The position numbers and the translations under genes are program-made. Below are positions 1 through 12,971 of a stretch of 64,000 nucleotides of DNA, piece by piece. This DNA is from Loktanella sp. UBA3435. GTDB lineage: Bacteria > Pseudomonadota > Alphaproteobacteria > Rhodobacterales > Rhodobacteraceae. The notes beneath the pieces were generated by a model that saw only the letters and a program-made list of their open reading frames with translations, had not been told where the DNA came from and did no database searches. The DNA is taken from positions 453 through 64,452 of the forward strand of contig DFSO01000020.1 in the NCBI GenBank assembly GCA_002378665.1, read 5' to 3'. Positions within the stretch are counted from its first letter, which is position 1; the number at the start of each line of letters is the position of its first letter.

Positions 1-937
1 GCACGTCAAGACCGTTTTCCAACATGGCAATCATTTTATACCAAGTCTCGAAGATTTCGCGCCCGTAAACGCCTTTGATCGTGATCGCTTTGAACACGAT
101 CCGCGACCAGTCGACGGGGCTTTTACCAGGGGGAATGCCAAGCAGGGCAATTTTGCCGCCCATCACGAGATTCTCGACCATTTGATCCATGGCTTGCTGG
201 TTACCAGACATCTCTAGGCCGACGTCGAACCCTTGTTTCATTTTAAGGCCTGCCCAGACATCTTTGAGGTCTTGGTTCGCCACATTGACGGGCGTCACGT
301 CGGCAACGCGCCCAGCCAGATCGAGCCTGTCTTGGTTCACGTCCGTAATCACCACATGCCGTGCGCCAACGTGACGCGCTACAGCAGCGGCCATGATTCC
401 GATGGGGCCAGCGCCCGTGATCAGTACATCCTCTCCGATCAGATCAAAAGAGAGCGCAGTATGTACCGCGTTGCCGAGCGGATCGAGAATCGCGCCGATT
501 TCGTCGTCGATGGCGTCGGGGAGTGGCACGACGTTGAACGCTGGCAGGCGTAAGTATTCGGCGAATGCGCCTTGCTCGTTCACGCCAATCCCGCGCGTTC
601 CCGGATCAAGGTGAAACTTACCGGCCCGCGATTGGCGGCTGGTTTTGTTGATCAAATGCCCCTCGCCCGAACAGCGTTGCCCGATCTCAAGGTCGGTTAC
701 ATTGCGCCCGATCTCGACGATTTCGCCTGCGAATTCATGGCCTGTGATCATCGGCACAGGCACAGTGCCAGCCGCCCAAGCGTCCCAATTCCAGATGTGA
801 ATATCAGTGCCACAGATGCCAGTTTTCTTCACGCGGATCAGCACATCATCAGGGCCAATTTCCGGCACAGGGGCGCGAACCATCCAGAGACCAACTTCCG
901 CTTTTGCCTTTGATAGAGCCTTCATTTCGTTGCTCAT
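1..937 (-). CDS. tdh: L-threonine 3-dehydrogenase (3' end runs off the window)
   Basis: Minus-strand ATG at 937 overlaps the kbl stop (ATGA). It reads [19 protein letters not shown]...GICGTD...GHEFAG, the Zn alcohol dehydrogenase motifs. Classic kbl-tdh pair. Confidence 0.93.
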   Translation of the reverse strand, partial: MSNEMKALSKAKAEVGLWMVRAPVPEIGPDDVLIRVKKTGICGTDIHIWNWDAWAAGTVPVPMITGHEFAGEIVEIGRNVTDLEIGQRCSGEGHLINKTSRQSRAGKFHLDPGTRGIGVNEQGAFAEYLRLPAFNVVPLPDAIDDEIGAILDPLGNAVHTALSFDLIGEDVLITGAGPIGIMAAAVARHVGARHVVITDVNQDRLDLAGRVADVTPVNVANQDLKDVWAGLKMKQGFDVGLEMSGNQQAMDQMVENLVMGGKIALLGIPPGKSPVDWSRIVFKAITIKGVYGREIFETWYKMIAMLENGLDV

Positions 938-2118
938 GACAGAACTCCTGTGTCGCGGCCTGCTTGGGCAAAGGCGGTCAATGCTGTGTCGAGGTCTGCG
1001 CGGGTGAGCGCCGCATTCATTTGGGTTCTGATCCTTGCGCGGCCTTTCGGGACGACGGGAAAGAAGAAGCCAGAGACATAGACGCCGAGTTCGAACAGAC
1101 GGGCGGCAAGCGCTTGGGCTTTTTGCGCATCGTAAAGCATGACGGGAATGATCGGGTGCTGACCTTCGAGGAGGTCAAAACCTGCGTCAGATAGACCCGC
1201 CCGCCAGTAGGCCGCGTTATCGAAAAGTTGGGTACGCAGGTCGTCGCCCGCCTCGACCAGATCAATCGCGGCGAGACCTGCGGCGACCACCGCGGGGGGC
1301 AATGCGTTTGAGAAAAGATAGGGTCGTGCGCGTTGGCGCATAAGGTCGATTACGGGTTGCGGACCTGCGATGTAGCCTCCAATTGCACCGCCCATCGCTT
1401 TACCGAGCGTGCCTGTCAGCACGTCTGCTTGAATGCCAAAATGCGCGGGCGTACCTGCCCCTTTTGGCCCCATGAATCCCGTCGCGTGGCAGTCATCGAC
1501 CATCAGTATAGCGTTGTATTTATCAGCCAAGGCGCGGATTTGATCCAAAGGCGCGAGGTAGCCGTCCATGCTAAACACGCCGTCGGTGGCGATCATGATA
1601 TGGCGTGCGCCGTCGGCGCGGGCCGCTTTGAGCTGCGTCTCAAGATCGGTCATGTCAGCATTGGCGTACCGGTAGCGCTTTGCCTTGCAGAGCCTGATCC
1701 CGTCGATGATCGACGCGTGGTTCAAGGCGTCAGAAATGATCGCATCTTCTGCACCCAAAAGCGGCTCGAACACAGCGGCATTGGCGTCAAAACAGGCCGC
1801 GAAGAGGATCGTGTCGTCGTGGCCGAGGAACGACGCAAGCCGCTGTTCAAGCTGGCGGTGCAGGTCTTGCGTCCCGCAGATAAAACGGACCGAGGCCATG
1901 CCGTAACCGTGATCGTCAAGCGCCGTTTTCGCGGCGGAAATCAGGGCAGGATGATTCGCGAGCCCGAGGTAATTATTGGCACAAAGATTGATCATATCGC
2001 GTCCGCCGACGGTGATATGGCCACCTTGGGCCGACGTGATTTCACGCTCGGTTTTCCAAAGCCCTTCGGCCTGAATTTCGGTTAAGCGGCCGCTGATATC
2101 GGTGAGAAAATCTGTCAT
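934..2118 (-). CDS. kbl: 2-amino-3-ketobutyrate CoA ligase (glycine C-acetyltransferase)
   Basis: 394 aa; [34 protein letters not shown] and TGTLGKA PLP motifs. Confidence 0.96.
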   Translation of the reverse strand: MTDFLTDISGRLTEIQAEGLWKTEREITSAQGGHITVGGRDMINLCANNYLGLANHPALISAAKTALDDHGYGMASVRFICGTQDLHRQLEQRLASFLGHDDTILFAACFDANAAVFEPLLGAEDAIISDALNHASIIDGIRLCKAKRYRYANADMTDLETQLKAARADGARHIMIATDGVFSMDGYLAPLDQIRALADKYNAILMVDDCHATGFMGPKGAGTPAHFGIQADVLTGTLGKAMGGAIGGYIAGPQPVIDLMRQRARPYLFSNALPPAVVAAGLAAIDLVEAGDDLRTQLFDNAAYWRAGLSDAGFDLLEGQHPIIPVMLYDAQKAQALAARLFELGVYVSGFFFPVVPKGRARIRTQMNAALTRADLDTALTAFAQAGRDTGVLS

Positions 2119-2238
2119 CGGAGACTCCTTTTAGGGCTAGCTTAGGGTGAGCGTGTCGAACTTCCCAGCGAAATGACCTGACGTTTTGCTGTTCGCAACT
2201 ATTCGGTTTGATAGGCTTGTAGAAAATAGGAGGCGAAC

Positions 2239-3414
2239 ATGACGGATATCGTGATTTTGGGCGGTGCGCGCACTGCAATTGGTGGTTTTGGTGGGGCATT
2301 GGCGAGGACTTCGCCGATTGAGCTTGGCACTGTAGTCGCGAAGGCCGCGATGGAACGGGCGGGGGTTGATCCGGCGCAGATCGGGCATGTGGCGTTAGGT
2401 CATGTGATCAATACCGAGCCGAAAGATATGTATGTCAGCCGCGTAGCCGCGATGCAGGCAGGCATTCCTGACGGGACGCCTGCGATGAATGTGAACCGCC
2501 TTTGCGGGTCGGGTGTACAGGCGATTGTGTCGATGGTCCAAAACCTGTTGTTGGGGGATGCTGATTTTGCATTGGCAGGCGGGTCCGAGAATATGAGCCG
2601 CTCGCCCTATATCGTTTCCGACATGCGCTGGGGCGCGAAGATGGGCGATATCAAGTCCCGCGACATGATGCTCGGTGCGCTGAATTGTCCGTTCGGGACC
2701 GGGCATATGGGCGTGACTGCCGAAAATGTGGCGCGTGAGCATGGGATCAGTCGTGCCGATCAGGATGCTTTCGCGCTACAAAGCCAAGAACGTGCGGCGG
2801 CAGCAATTGCAGCGGGCTATTTCGACAGCCAGATCGTGCCCGTTCAGGTGCGTGTGAAACGCGACATGGTTGATTTTGCCCGTGACGAACATCCGAAGGC
2901 GACGAGCCTAGAAACACTTGGCGGCTTGCGCCCTGTGTTTGAGAAAGACGGGACTGTGACGCCGGGCAATGCCTCTGGTCTGAACGACGGTGCGGCGGCG
3001 ATTGTGCTGGCGCGGGCGGATGCGGCGGAGGCTGCGGGGCTCACGCCAAAGTTCCGCATTTTGGGATATGGTCATGCAGGGGTGCGCCCTGAGGTGATGG
3101 GCATTGGGCCTGTCCCTGCGGTCCGTAACTTGCTGGCAAAGACGGGGCTGAAGGCGTCTGATTTTGATGTGATTGAGAGCAATGAGGCATTCGCCTCACA
3201 AGCACTCGCGGTCAGCAATGAGCTTGGCTTTGACCCAGCAATTGTGAACCCGAATGGTGGTGCGATTGCGCTCGGCCATCCTGTTGGTGCGACGGGTGCG
3301 ATCATCACGGTGAAGGCAATGTACGAGCTGGAACGCACGGGCGGCAAGCGTGCGCTTGTCACCATGTGCATTGGTGGCGGTCAGGGCATCGCCTTGGCAA
3401 TCGAGCGGATTTAG
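2239..3414 (+). CDS. Acetyl-CoA C-acyltransferase (beta-ketothiolase, BktB-like)
   Basis: NRLCGSG, NEAFA, GHPVGATG and MCIGGGQG thiolase motifs; AGGAGG RBS. Confidence 0.93.
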   Translation: MTDIVILGGARTAIGGFGGALARTSPIELGTVVAKAAMERAGVDPAQIGHVALGHVINTEPKDMYVSRVAAMQAGIPDGTPAMNVNRLCGSGVQAIVSMVQNLLLGDADFALAGGSENMSRSPYIVSDMRWGAKMGDIKSRDMMLGALNCPFGTGHMGVTAENVAREHGISRADQDAFALQSQERAAAAIAAGYFDSQIVPVQVRVKRDMVDFARDEHPKATSLETLGGLRPVFEKDGTVTPGNASGLNDGAAAIVLARADAAEAAGLTPKFRILGYGHAGVRPEVMGIGPVPAVRNLLAKTGLKASDFDVIESNEAFASQALAVSNELGFDPAIVNPNGGAIALGHPVGATGAIITVKAMYELERTGGKRALVTMCIGGGQGIALAIERI

Positions 3415-4181
3415 GTCGGATAATCACGCAGGAAAACCCATTTGCCCCCGTCCGAGAGGCCGGGGTCAAATGCGTATCCACCAGCAGAAAAGCCTTTAAT
3501 AGACTCTGCATCCGTGAGGCGGTTTTCGACGATATAGCGCGCCATCGCCCCGCGTGCGCGTTTTGCGAAGAAGGACACGATGCGCGGGCGGTCGCCTTTG
3601 ATTTCCATGAATTGCGGCGTGATGACGCGCAGTTTTAGCGCCTTGCGATCCGCCGCGCCAAAGTATTCTTGGCTAGCACAATTGACCAAAGTGTCCGTGC
3701 CGATCTGGGTTGCTTGGGCGTTCAAAGCCTTGGCAATCGTGTCACCCCAATAGTCATAAAGCGACGCGCCGCGCCGTGTTTTGAGGCGGCTGCCCATCTC
3801 TAAACGGTAGGGCTGGATCGCGTCGAGCGGGCGCAGCAGACCATAGAGGCCTGAAAGTATCCCAAGGTGGTCTTGCGCCCATGCGAGGTCGTCTTCGGAG
3901 AGCGTTTTAGCCTCTAGGCCTTGGTAGGTGTCACCGTTGAATGCAAGCGCTGCAGGTTTGACCGCGTCCGCCGATGGCTCTGCTGCGAAGGCCGCGAAAC
4001 GGTCTCGATTGAGGCGGGCAAGGTCGTCGGAAATGCTCATCAAATTCTTGAGTTCTGTCAGCGTCAGGTTCTTGGCGGTCTTGGAAAGACGCACGGCGTC
4101 CTCTTGGAACTGCGGCTGGGTCGGCCTAATTTCCGTAGGCTGCATATCAAGAGATTTGGCGGGTGAGACGACGACGAGCAT
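3411..4181 (-). CDS. yaaA: Peroxide stress protein YaaA
   Basis: MLVVVSPAKSLD, ILSGLYGLLRPLD, YRLEMG, FFAKRARG. Confidence 0.93.
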   Translation of the reverse strand: MLVVVSPAKSLDMQPTEIRPTQPQFQEDAVRLSKTAKNLTLTELKNLMSISDDLARLNRDRFAAFAAEPSADAVKPAALAFNGDTYQGLEAKTLSEDDLAWAQDHLGILSGLYGLLRPLDAIQPYRLEMGSRLKTRRGASLYDYWGDTIAKALNAQATQIGTDTLVNCASQEYFGAADRKALKLRVITPQFMEIKGDRPRIVSFFAKRARGAMARYIVENRLTDAESIKGFSAGGYAFDPGLSDGGKWVFLRDYPT

Positions 4182-4786
4182 TAGGCGACCTTTGCGTTTT
4201 TAAGCGTCACGCCAGCGGTTTGCATCCCATCGGCTGCCACTTTGAGTGAGCCGTCGAAATCAATGGCGCGGCACAGGGACAGATCAACGGTGACATCAAA
4301 GCCCAAACGCGCCGCATCGACGGCGGAGTAATTCACGCAGAAATCTGTGGCGAGGCCGACCAAAGTCAATGTCGTGATGCCGCGTGTGCGCAAATAGCCC
4401 TCTAGTCCCGTTGGTGTTTTGTGGTCGTTTTCAAAGAATGCGGAATAGCTGTCGATTGCTGAGTTATACCCTTTGCGCACAATCATATCTGCGCGGTCCG
4501 TGTTGAGCGCGGGGTGGAATGCGGCGCCCTCGGTCCCTTGGATACAGTGATCGGGCCAAAGGACTTGCGGGCCGTAGGGCATCTCGACGACGGACATGGG
4601 CGCGGCGCTAAGGCTGCTGGCGAAGGAGGAATGCCCAGCGGGGTGCCAGTCTTGCGTCAGGATCACGGCGTCATAGCGGTCCATTGCGGCGTTGATGCCT
4701 GCGACGATTTCATCGCCGCCATCCACGGCCAAGGCCCCGTTCGGGCAAAAATCGTTTTGTACATCGATCACTAAAAGGGCATGCAT
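4181..4786 (-). CDS. pncA: Nicotinamidase/pyrazinamidase
   Basis: Start taken at MHALLVIDVQNDFC (ATG 4786); DWHP, WPDHC and GLATDFCV motifs. The longer 491-aa track ORF is an antisense extension. Confidence 0.93.
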   Translation of the reverse strand: MHALLVIDVQNDFCPNGALAVDGGDEIVAGINAAMDRYDAVILTQDWHPAGHSSFASSLSAAPMSVVEMPYGPQVLWPDHCIQGTEGAAFHPALNTDRADMIVRKGYNSAIDSYSAFFENDHKTPTGLEGYLRTRGITTLTLVGLATDFCVNYSAVDAARLGFDVTVDLSLCRAIDFDGSLKVAADGMQTAGVTLKNAKVA

Positions 4787-4909
4787 TTGGGTCTCCAATT
4801 CGTGTTGATGACTGGGTAAGTCAGCAAGACGCGCAAGGCAAGGGTTCGCCCCTTGGCATGGGCGCGTGAATGGCCTATTGCCGCCTCTCTGAATGATAGG
4901 AAGCGCGTG

Positions 4910-6154
4910 ATGACCCAGACCCTTGGCATTGATTTTGGCACATCGAACACGGCTGCAGCTGTGCTTGTTGGTGGACATGCGCATTTGATCGAGGTCGAGC
5001 CAGGTCGGACCAGTCTGCCGACCTCGGTGTTTTTCGATTATGAGCGCAAGGTCACGACCTATGGGTCCGTGGCCAATGCGGCCCTGATCGAGGGGCGCGA
5101 GGGGCGGTTCATGCGTGCGCTGAAGTCTGTGCTTGGCACGCCGTTGATGCGTGAAAAGCGGCAGATTGCTTATGAGCAGATGACTTTGATCGAGGTCGTG
5201 GCGCGTTTTTTGCGAACCGTACGCGAGCGTGCCGAGGCCTCTACAGGTACGAAGTTTGACTACGCGCTGTCGGGTCGTCCAGTGCGATTTCATTCGTCCG
5301 ACGATGCCCGCAATGCGCAGGCCGAGATTGACTTGCGCGAAGCCTATATGGTTGCGGGTTTTTCGGATGTTTCGTTCATGTATGAACCAGAGGCGGCGGC
5401 CTTGGCGGCCGGTCCCTTGGCAAAAGGGAAGCTTGGTCTGATCATCGATATCGGCGGTGGTACATCGGATTTTTCTATCTTTGAACGTGAAGGCGACGAG
5501 ACACGGATTGTCGCCAGCCACGGTGTGTGCGTCGGCGGCACGGATTTTGACAAGGCGATTAGTGTAGCGCAGGTCATGCCGCTTTTTGGTCATGGGTCCG
5601 AGATAAAAAACGAGATCGGACCAGGGACGCATACAGCACCCAATGGCATCTTTCATGATCTGGCATCTTGGGAGAAAATCCCGTTTCTCTATACTGCTGA
5701 AATGCGCAGAACGGCGACGCTGTTTCGCAAATTGGGTATGCAGCCAGAACTGTTCAAGCGGTTGTCAGATGTGCTGGAACTTGAGCTTGGCCACGACATC
5801 GCCTTCGCCGTTGAGGCGGGCAAGATACGTGTGAACGCACCAGAGGCCGTTGATGCGGCGATTGATTTAAGGGTGATTGAAAAGCAGCTTTGGGCGCGTA
5901 TGAGCGCCTCCGATCTGTCACGCATTCTCGGCGATCATGCGATGACAGTGAAATCGGCGGCGCTAGATACGTTGCGAATGGCGGGCATTCCACAGGATCA
6001 AATCGGGCAGATTGTTTTTGTCGGTGGTTCAAGCCTGATGCAGGTGATTGAGACCGCGATGGTCGATCTTTTTCCCCATGCCATTCTGGAACGAACCGAG
6101 GCGTTTACCGCTGTGGCCGACGGACTTGCGATTGCCGCTGCGCGCCGCGCTTAA
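4910..6154 (+). CDS. Hsp70-family protein, YegD-like
   Basis: [31 protein letters not shown] and VGGSS actin-like ATPase motifs; no DnaK substrate-binding domain. Confidence 0.88.
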   Translation: MTQTLGIDFGTSNTAAAVLVGGHAHLIEVEPGRTSLPTSVFFDYERKVTTYGSVANAALIEGREGRFMRALKSVLGTPLMREKRQIAYEQMTLIEVVARFLRTVRERAEASTGTKFDYALSGRPVRFHSSDDARNAQAEIDLREAYMVAGFSDVSFMYEPEAAALAAGPLAKGKLGLIIDIGGGTSDFSIFEREGDETRIVASHGVCVGGTDFDKAISVAQVMPLFGHGSEIKNEIGPGTHTAPNGIFHDLASWEKIPFLYTAEMRRTATLFRKLGMQPELFKRLSDVLELELGHDIAFAVEAGKIRVNAPEAVDAAIDLRVIEKQLWARMSASDLSRILGDHAMTVKSAALDTLRMAGIPQDQIGQIVFVGGSSLMQVIETAMVDLFPHAILERTEAFTAVADGLAIAAARRA

Positions 6155-6195
6155 GCAGGGTTGATCGACGCCGCGTTCGGGCGTATTTGGGCGGC

Positions 6196-7104
6196 ATGTT
6201 TACAGTTGCAGCACTCTACCATTTCACGCGTTTCGATGACACGAGCGCAATCCGTGGCCCGCTTTTGGACCTGTGCAAATCGCGCGGGATTAGCGGTACT
6301 TTACTTTTGGCCCGCGAAGGGATCAACGGCACGATTGCAGGCGACCGCGCGGGCGTCGACGCGGTCATCGCGCATATCCGCGCCTTGCCCGGATGTGCCG
6401 ATCTGATCTGGAAAGAAAGCACAGCGACAGAGCCGCCTTTTCACCGTATGAAAGTGCGCTTGAAGCGCGAAATCGTCACGATGGGGCAGCCCGACGTCGA
6501 CCCGACTGCGAAGGTTGGCCACTACGTGAACCCCGAGGATTGGAACGCGCTGATCACCTCGCCGGACGTTGCCGTGATTGATACGCGCAACGATTACGAG
6601 GTCGCAATTGGCACGTTTGACGGAGCAATTGACCCTGAGACGAAATCCTTTGGCGAGTTCCCCGCATGGTGGGAGGCCAATAAGGATCGGTTCCACAATA
6701 AGCGGATAGCAATGTTTTGCACGGGCGGGATTCGCTGCGAAAAATCAACGAATTACCTGATCGGTCAAGGCGTTGAAGATGTGTTCCACCTTAAGGGTGG
6801 TATCCTGAAATACCTCGAAGAAGTGCCGCAAGAAGAAAGCGCTTGGGACGGTGAATGCTTTGTTTTTGACAGCCGCGTCAGTGTTGGTCACGGCCTGAAG
6901 GAAGGGCCTCACCAGCTTTGCTATGCCTGCCGCCGCCCGATTTTACCTCAGGACCGCAGTCGTCCTGAATTTGAGGAAGGTGTCGCCTGCCATCAATGTG
7001 CGACTGAGACGACCGAGGAAGACAAGGGCCGTTTCCGCGAGCGTCAAAAGCAGATCGCTTTGGCCAAAAAGCGCGGCACACATCACATTGGTGGCCTCAC
7101 TTAA
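6196..7104 (+). CDS. trhO: tRNA uridine(34) hydroxylase / rhodanese-related protein (YceA family)
   Basis: [47 protein letters not shown]. Confidence 0.92.
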   Translation: MFTVAALYHFTRFDDTSAIRGPLLDLCKSRGISGTLLLAREGINGTIAGDRAGVDAVIAHIRALPGCADLIWKESTATEPPFHRMKVRLKREIVTMGQPDVDPTAKVGHYVNPEDWNALITSPDVAVIDTRNDYEVAIGTFDGAIDPETKSFGEFPAWWEANKDRFHNKRIAMFCTGGIRCEKSTNYLIGQGVEDVFHLKGGILKYLEEVPQEESAWDGECFVFDSRVSVGHGLKEGPHQLCYACRRPILPQDRSRPEFEEGVACHQCATETTEEDKGRFRERQKQIALAKKRGTHHIGGLT

Positions 7105-8172
7105 ATGGCGCTGATGTCCCCTTTGATCGCGCAATTTTGGTCGCTGGTCATTGGGGTGGTGAGCGGGCTTTTGGCCTATGCAGCGGGCCTACCTCTGCCT
7201 TGGATGCTGGGTTCGATGATTGGTAATATGGGGTTCGCCCTAGCGGGAGCACCGATTGCTGGCCCGACAAAATTGCGCCCCTATGTGATTCCCATTTTGG
7301 GGGTAATGCTCGGCTCTGCGATTACGGCTGATATCCTTTCTCAGCTTGGGGGCTGGGCGCTAACGGTCGTGATTTTGCCGCTATATCTGGCCGTCGCTGC
7401 GGGCCTGTCTTTCTACGTTTATCGCCGTGTCGGTGGATATGATCCCGTGACCGCCTATTATTCGGCCATGCCTGGCGGATTGAATGAGATGCTTATCCTG
7501 GGCGGCGAAGCGGGCGGGAATGAACGTAAGATTGCGTTGGCCCATGCTGCCCGCGTCTTGCTTGTTATCCTGTTTGTTGCGTTGTTTTTCGGGCTCTTCC
7601 TTGGGGTCAGATCAGGTGCCAATATCAGCAATTGGATCCCGCTTAATGCTCCGTCGCCAATGGATTACGTCTATCTACTTGGTGCGGCTTCCGTCGGGAG
7701 TTGGTTGGGCAAGAAGGCCCGCTTGCCAGCCGCTGCCGTGTTCGGCCCGATGATCGTCAGCGGCATTTTACACGCGTTCAAGTTCGTCGAGATTGCGCCG
7801 CCCTCGGTCTTTGTGATCGCATCGCAGGTTGTGATCGGATCAATTATCGGGACGCGGTTTATCGGCGCAACTTGGCGTGAGTTGCGTCGTGACATGGGGC
7901 TCGCAGTGCTCGGCACTGGCGTCATGTTGATCGTCGCTGTCGCATTTGGCGCAGGGATCGCTTGGGCGTCACATATGTCAATTAGCCAAGCGTTTTTGGC
8001 TTTCGCACCAGGTGGTTTGACGGAAATGTCGCTGCTCACTTTGGCGATGAATCAAGACGTGGCTTACGTCTCGACCATGCATATCATCCGCATCACGGTG
8101 GTTGTCGGTGTCGCGGCGTTTGTCTTTGGCCTGCTTGGGAAACGGATCGCCAAACAGACCAAAGAGCCTTAA
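7105..8172 (+). CDS. AbrB-family duplicated membrane protein
   Basis: Hydrophobic 355 aa; PLPWMLG and repeated PGGL-x-EM motifs. Confidence 0.85.
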   Translation: MALMSPLIAQFWSLVIGVVSGLLAYAAGLPLPWMLGSMIGNMGFALAGAPIAGPTKLRPYVIPILGVMLGSAITADILSQLGGWALTVVILPLYLAVAAGLSFYVYRRVGGYDPVTAYYSAMPGGLNEMLILGGEAGGNERKIALAHAARVLLVILFVALFFGLFLGVRSGANISNWIPLNAPSPMDYVYLLGAASVGSWLGKKARLPAAAVFGPMIVSGILHAFKFVEIAPPSVFVIASQVVIGSIIGTRFIGATWRELRRDMGLAVLGTGVMLIVAVAFGAGIAWASHMSISQAFLAFAPGGLTEMSLLTLAMNQDVAYVSTMHIIRITVVVGVAAFVFGLLGKRIAKQTKEP

Positions 8173-8173
8173 T

Positions 8174-10609
<2,436 letters not shown>

Positions 10610-10619
10610 CTACCCGCTA

Positions 10620-10648
10620 AATATAGGCGTTTTGACAGGGATTGTCAC
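10620..10648 (-). promoter_or_regulatory. Putative sigma70 promoter of gyrB
   Basis: Minus strand GTGACA-N17-TATATT, ending about 29 nt before the gyrB ATG. Confidence 0.55.
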
Positions 10649-10670
10649 GGCGAAACCCCCATATTTTGCG

Positions 10671-11291
10671 TTAGATGAAGGGGATAACCAGACCAACCAA
10701 AATGAGCAGTGAACCTGCTGTGATATTCGTACGACGCAGGGCTTTTGGGGAGGTCAGAAACGCCTTGGCTTTGTGTATCGAGGCCGCCAAAATCAGGTTA
10801 CCGATCAGTGGCACCAAGAACGATAAAAAGCAGATTGCGGCGATGTCGGCCCATGTCAATTTCGTCAAATCGAAGAAGCCCGGCAACATGCCCATGTAGA
10901 ACAGAATGGCCTTTGGGTTGCCAAGGATGACAGCGAGACCTGCAAGGAACCCCGCCCACATTCCGGGCTTGGTAAGCGCACTATCCGTCGAGATTTTCGC
11001 GCCAGCACTGCGGATGATCAGAAACCCCATGATAAGGAATGTCGCGCAGGCGACCCATTTGAGGAAAACGAGGAACCCTGAGAAGACCGAGACGATCCAA
11101 GTCACGCCAAGGATCGCAAGGAACGGCCAAAGGACGTCACCCACGACGACACCCAACGCGAGTGGCCATGCGGCGTGAAATCCTCCCGAGAGCGATCGTG
11201 CCACGAGGGCCACCCACACCGGACCAGGGGTGAGGAACAGAACAAGCAACGCGCCCGCATAGAGCATCAGGTCATAGACTGAAATCGTCAT
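10671..11291 (-). CDS. LysE/RhtB family translocator
   Basis: FLTPGP and LGNPKAILFY motifs; multiple TM helices. Confidence 0.9.
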   Translation of the reverse strand: MTISVYDLMLYAGALLVLFLTPGPVWVALVARSLSGGFHAAWPLALGVVVGDVLWPFLAILGVTWIVSVFSGFLVFLKWVACATFLIMGFLIIRSAGAKISTDSALTKPGMWAGFLAGLAVILGNPKAILFYMGMLPGFFDLTKLTWADIAAICFLSFLVPLIGNLILAASIHKAKAFLTSPKALRRTNITAGSLLILVGLVIPFI

Positions 11292-11374
11292 CAATAAGCG
11301 CGTCCTGCAAGGTTATGTGTCGCATCGTCATCTCACGCCAAATCGGTCAATGACAATAGCCAAAGGTGCATCAC

Positions 11375-11806
11375 TTAAGCCTCAGGTAAGGTCAATGATC
11401 CATCGGGGTTGAGTTGCCAGAACGGGTTCATTGCGAGTTCCCAAACGTGTCCATCCGGATCGGCATAATAGCCAGAATATCCGCCCCAAAATACTTTCTC
11501 TGGAGCTTTCAAGGCGGTCGCGCCACACTTCAATGCAAGGGCATAGGCCTCGTCAACCTCCGCCTCTGTCGTAAAGTTTTGCGCCAAAGTGGAGGCACCT
11601 GTGCCAAGCTTCGCATCAGGGCGGCCTTGATCTTTTGCGAGTGGTTCAAGGCCAAACAGTCCAAACAAAAGGCCATTGATTTGGTAGAATACCACCTGCC
11701 CCTCCACTTCGCTTGTAGGCCTCCAACCCATTGCGTCGTAAAAGTTTTTCGACCTTTGCAGGTCCGATACGCCCAGAGTGATCAGGGTCACACGCTGTGG
11801 AGTCAT
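11375..11806 (-). CDS. VOC/glyoxalase family protein
   Basis: LITLGVSDLQRSKNFY...FWGGYSGYYADPDGHVWE. Confidence 0.9.
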   Translation of the reverse strand: MTPQRVTLITLGVSDLQRSKNFYDAMGWRPTSEVEGQVVFYQINGLLFGLFGLEPLAKDQGRPDAKLGTGASTLAQNFTTEAEVDEAYALALKCGATALKAPEKVFWGGYSGYYADPDGHVWELAMNPFWQLNPDGSLTLPEA

Positions 11807-12921
11807 GGGGATGCCCTCTCAAAGAGGGTCGAGACGCCCTCGGTTTCGGTCACTTCTGCATATTGTGCACGTAGACCTAGTTCTGCAAAGAGTTCGGGGC
11901 CCGTGCCTGTCATAAAGGCTTGGCTGCCCAGCGCAAAAATTTCGTCATACAGGGCCGCGCGGCGGGTCGCGTCGAGGTGCGCTGCGACCTCGTCCAATAA
12001 CAGGATCGGCGGCGCACCAAAGTCGCGGATCAATGCGCGGCCATTGGCGAGGATGAGACTAATGAGCAGCGCCTTTTGTTCGCCTGTGGAACAATCCTTC
12101 GCGTGCACACCTTTGTCGGCAAAAACCGCATCAAGATCGGCGCGGTGCGGCCCGACCAACGTGCGCCCTGCGGCCATATCGCGACTGCGACTAGCCGCAA
12201 AAGCGGCGGCGATAGCTTCGGGATCATGCGGCGCCTCAACTGCGGGATCGGGGTGCATCAAGGTGAGTTCTGCCGTGGGAAAGGCGGTTTTTGTTGCGTC
12301 TTGGGCTGCCGTCAGTTCGTCAATCGCATTGCAGCGGTTGATATGGATCTTCGCACCCGCTTCGGCCATTTGCCGTTCCAATGCGATATACCAATGGGCA
12401 TCGCGCACCATGTCTTTGAGGAGGCGGTTCCGTTCACGCATTGCCTTTTCATAGCTCAGCACGGCCTCGGCATGGGTCGGCTTGAAGCTTAATGTCGTGC
12501 GGTCTAGGAAACGCCGACGACCCTCAGCCCCTTCGAGCCAAAGCCTGTCCATCGCGGGGACAAGCCAAAGAATTTTGGCGATGCGCCCTAGGGCCACTTG
12601 CGGCGCGGCTTTGCCGTCGATGCGAACTTGGCGAGAGGCTTGCGGTTCGGCCCATGTCTCAATCTCGTGAGTCTGGTGGCCCGACTGCAACTCGGCTTTG
12701 ACCTTCCAGCCAAGCGCCTCTGGCCTGCGGATCAAATCGTCAGGCGACGCTCTGCGAAACCCACGACCGGGGGACAGCAGAGACACAGCTTCCAAAAGAT
12801 TGGTCTTGCCAGCGCCGTTAGGGCCATAAATGGCAACGGGACGACCGTCACAGGCCATCACGGCGCGTTTGTGCGACCGAAAATGAGAGAGGGTGAGATC
12901 AGATAAAGAAAGGGCCGACAT
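11803..12921 (-). CDS. recF: DNA replication/repair protein RecF
   Basis: GPNGAGKTNLLEA, GPHRADL, STGEQK, LLLDEVAAHLD; located after dnaN. Confidence 0.96.
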   Translation of the reverse strand: MSALSLSDLTLSHFRSHKRAVMACDGRPVAIYGPNGAGKTNLLEAVSLLSPGRGFRRASPDDLIRRPEALGWKVKAELQSGHQTHEIETWAEPQASRQVRIDGKAAPQVALGRIAKILWLVPAMDRLWLEGAEGRRRFLDRTTLSFKPTHAEAVLSYEKAMRERNRLLKDMVRDAHWYIALERQMAEAGAKIHINRCNAIDELTAAQDATKTAFPTAELTLMHPDPAVEAPHDPEAIAAAFAASRSRDMAAGRTLVGPHRADLDAVFADKGVHAKDCSTGEQKALLISLILANGRALIRDFGAPPILLLDEVAAHLDATRRAALYDEIFALGSQAFMTGTGPELFAELGLRAQYAEVTETEGVSTLFERASP

Positions 12922-12971
12922 GCATCGACCCTTACTTGATTTCTGGCATGACGAAAAGCGGCACGCCGACC

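Noticed and set aside
4787-5656. Apparent 290-aa N-terminal extension of PncA (491-aa ORF)
   Set aside because: It is the antisense shadow of yegD; the pncA start at 4786 has its own GGAG RBS.
11414-12454. 346-aa + strand ORF
   Set aside because: Antisense to recF and the VOC gene; Ser/Arg/Ala-rich shadow.
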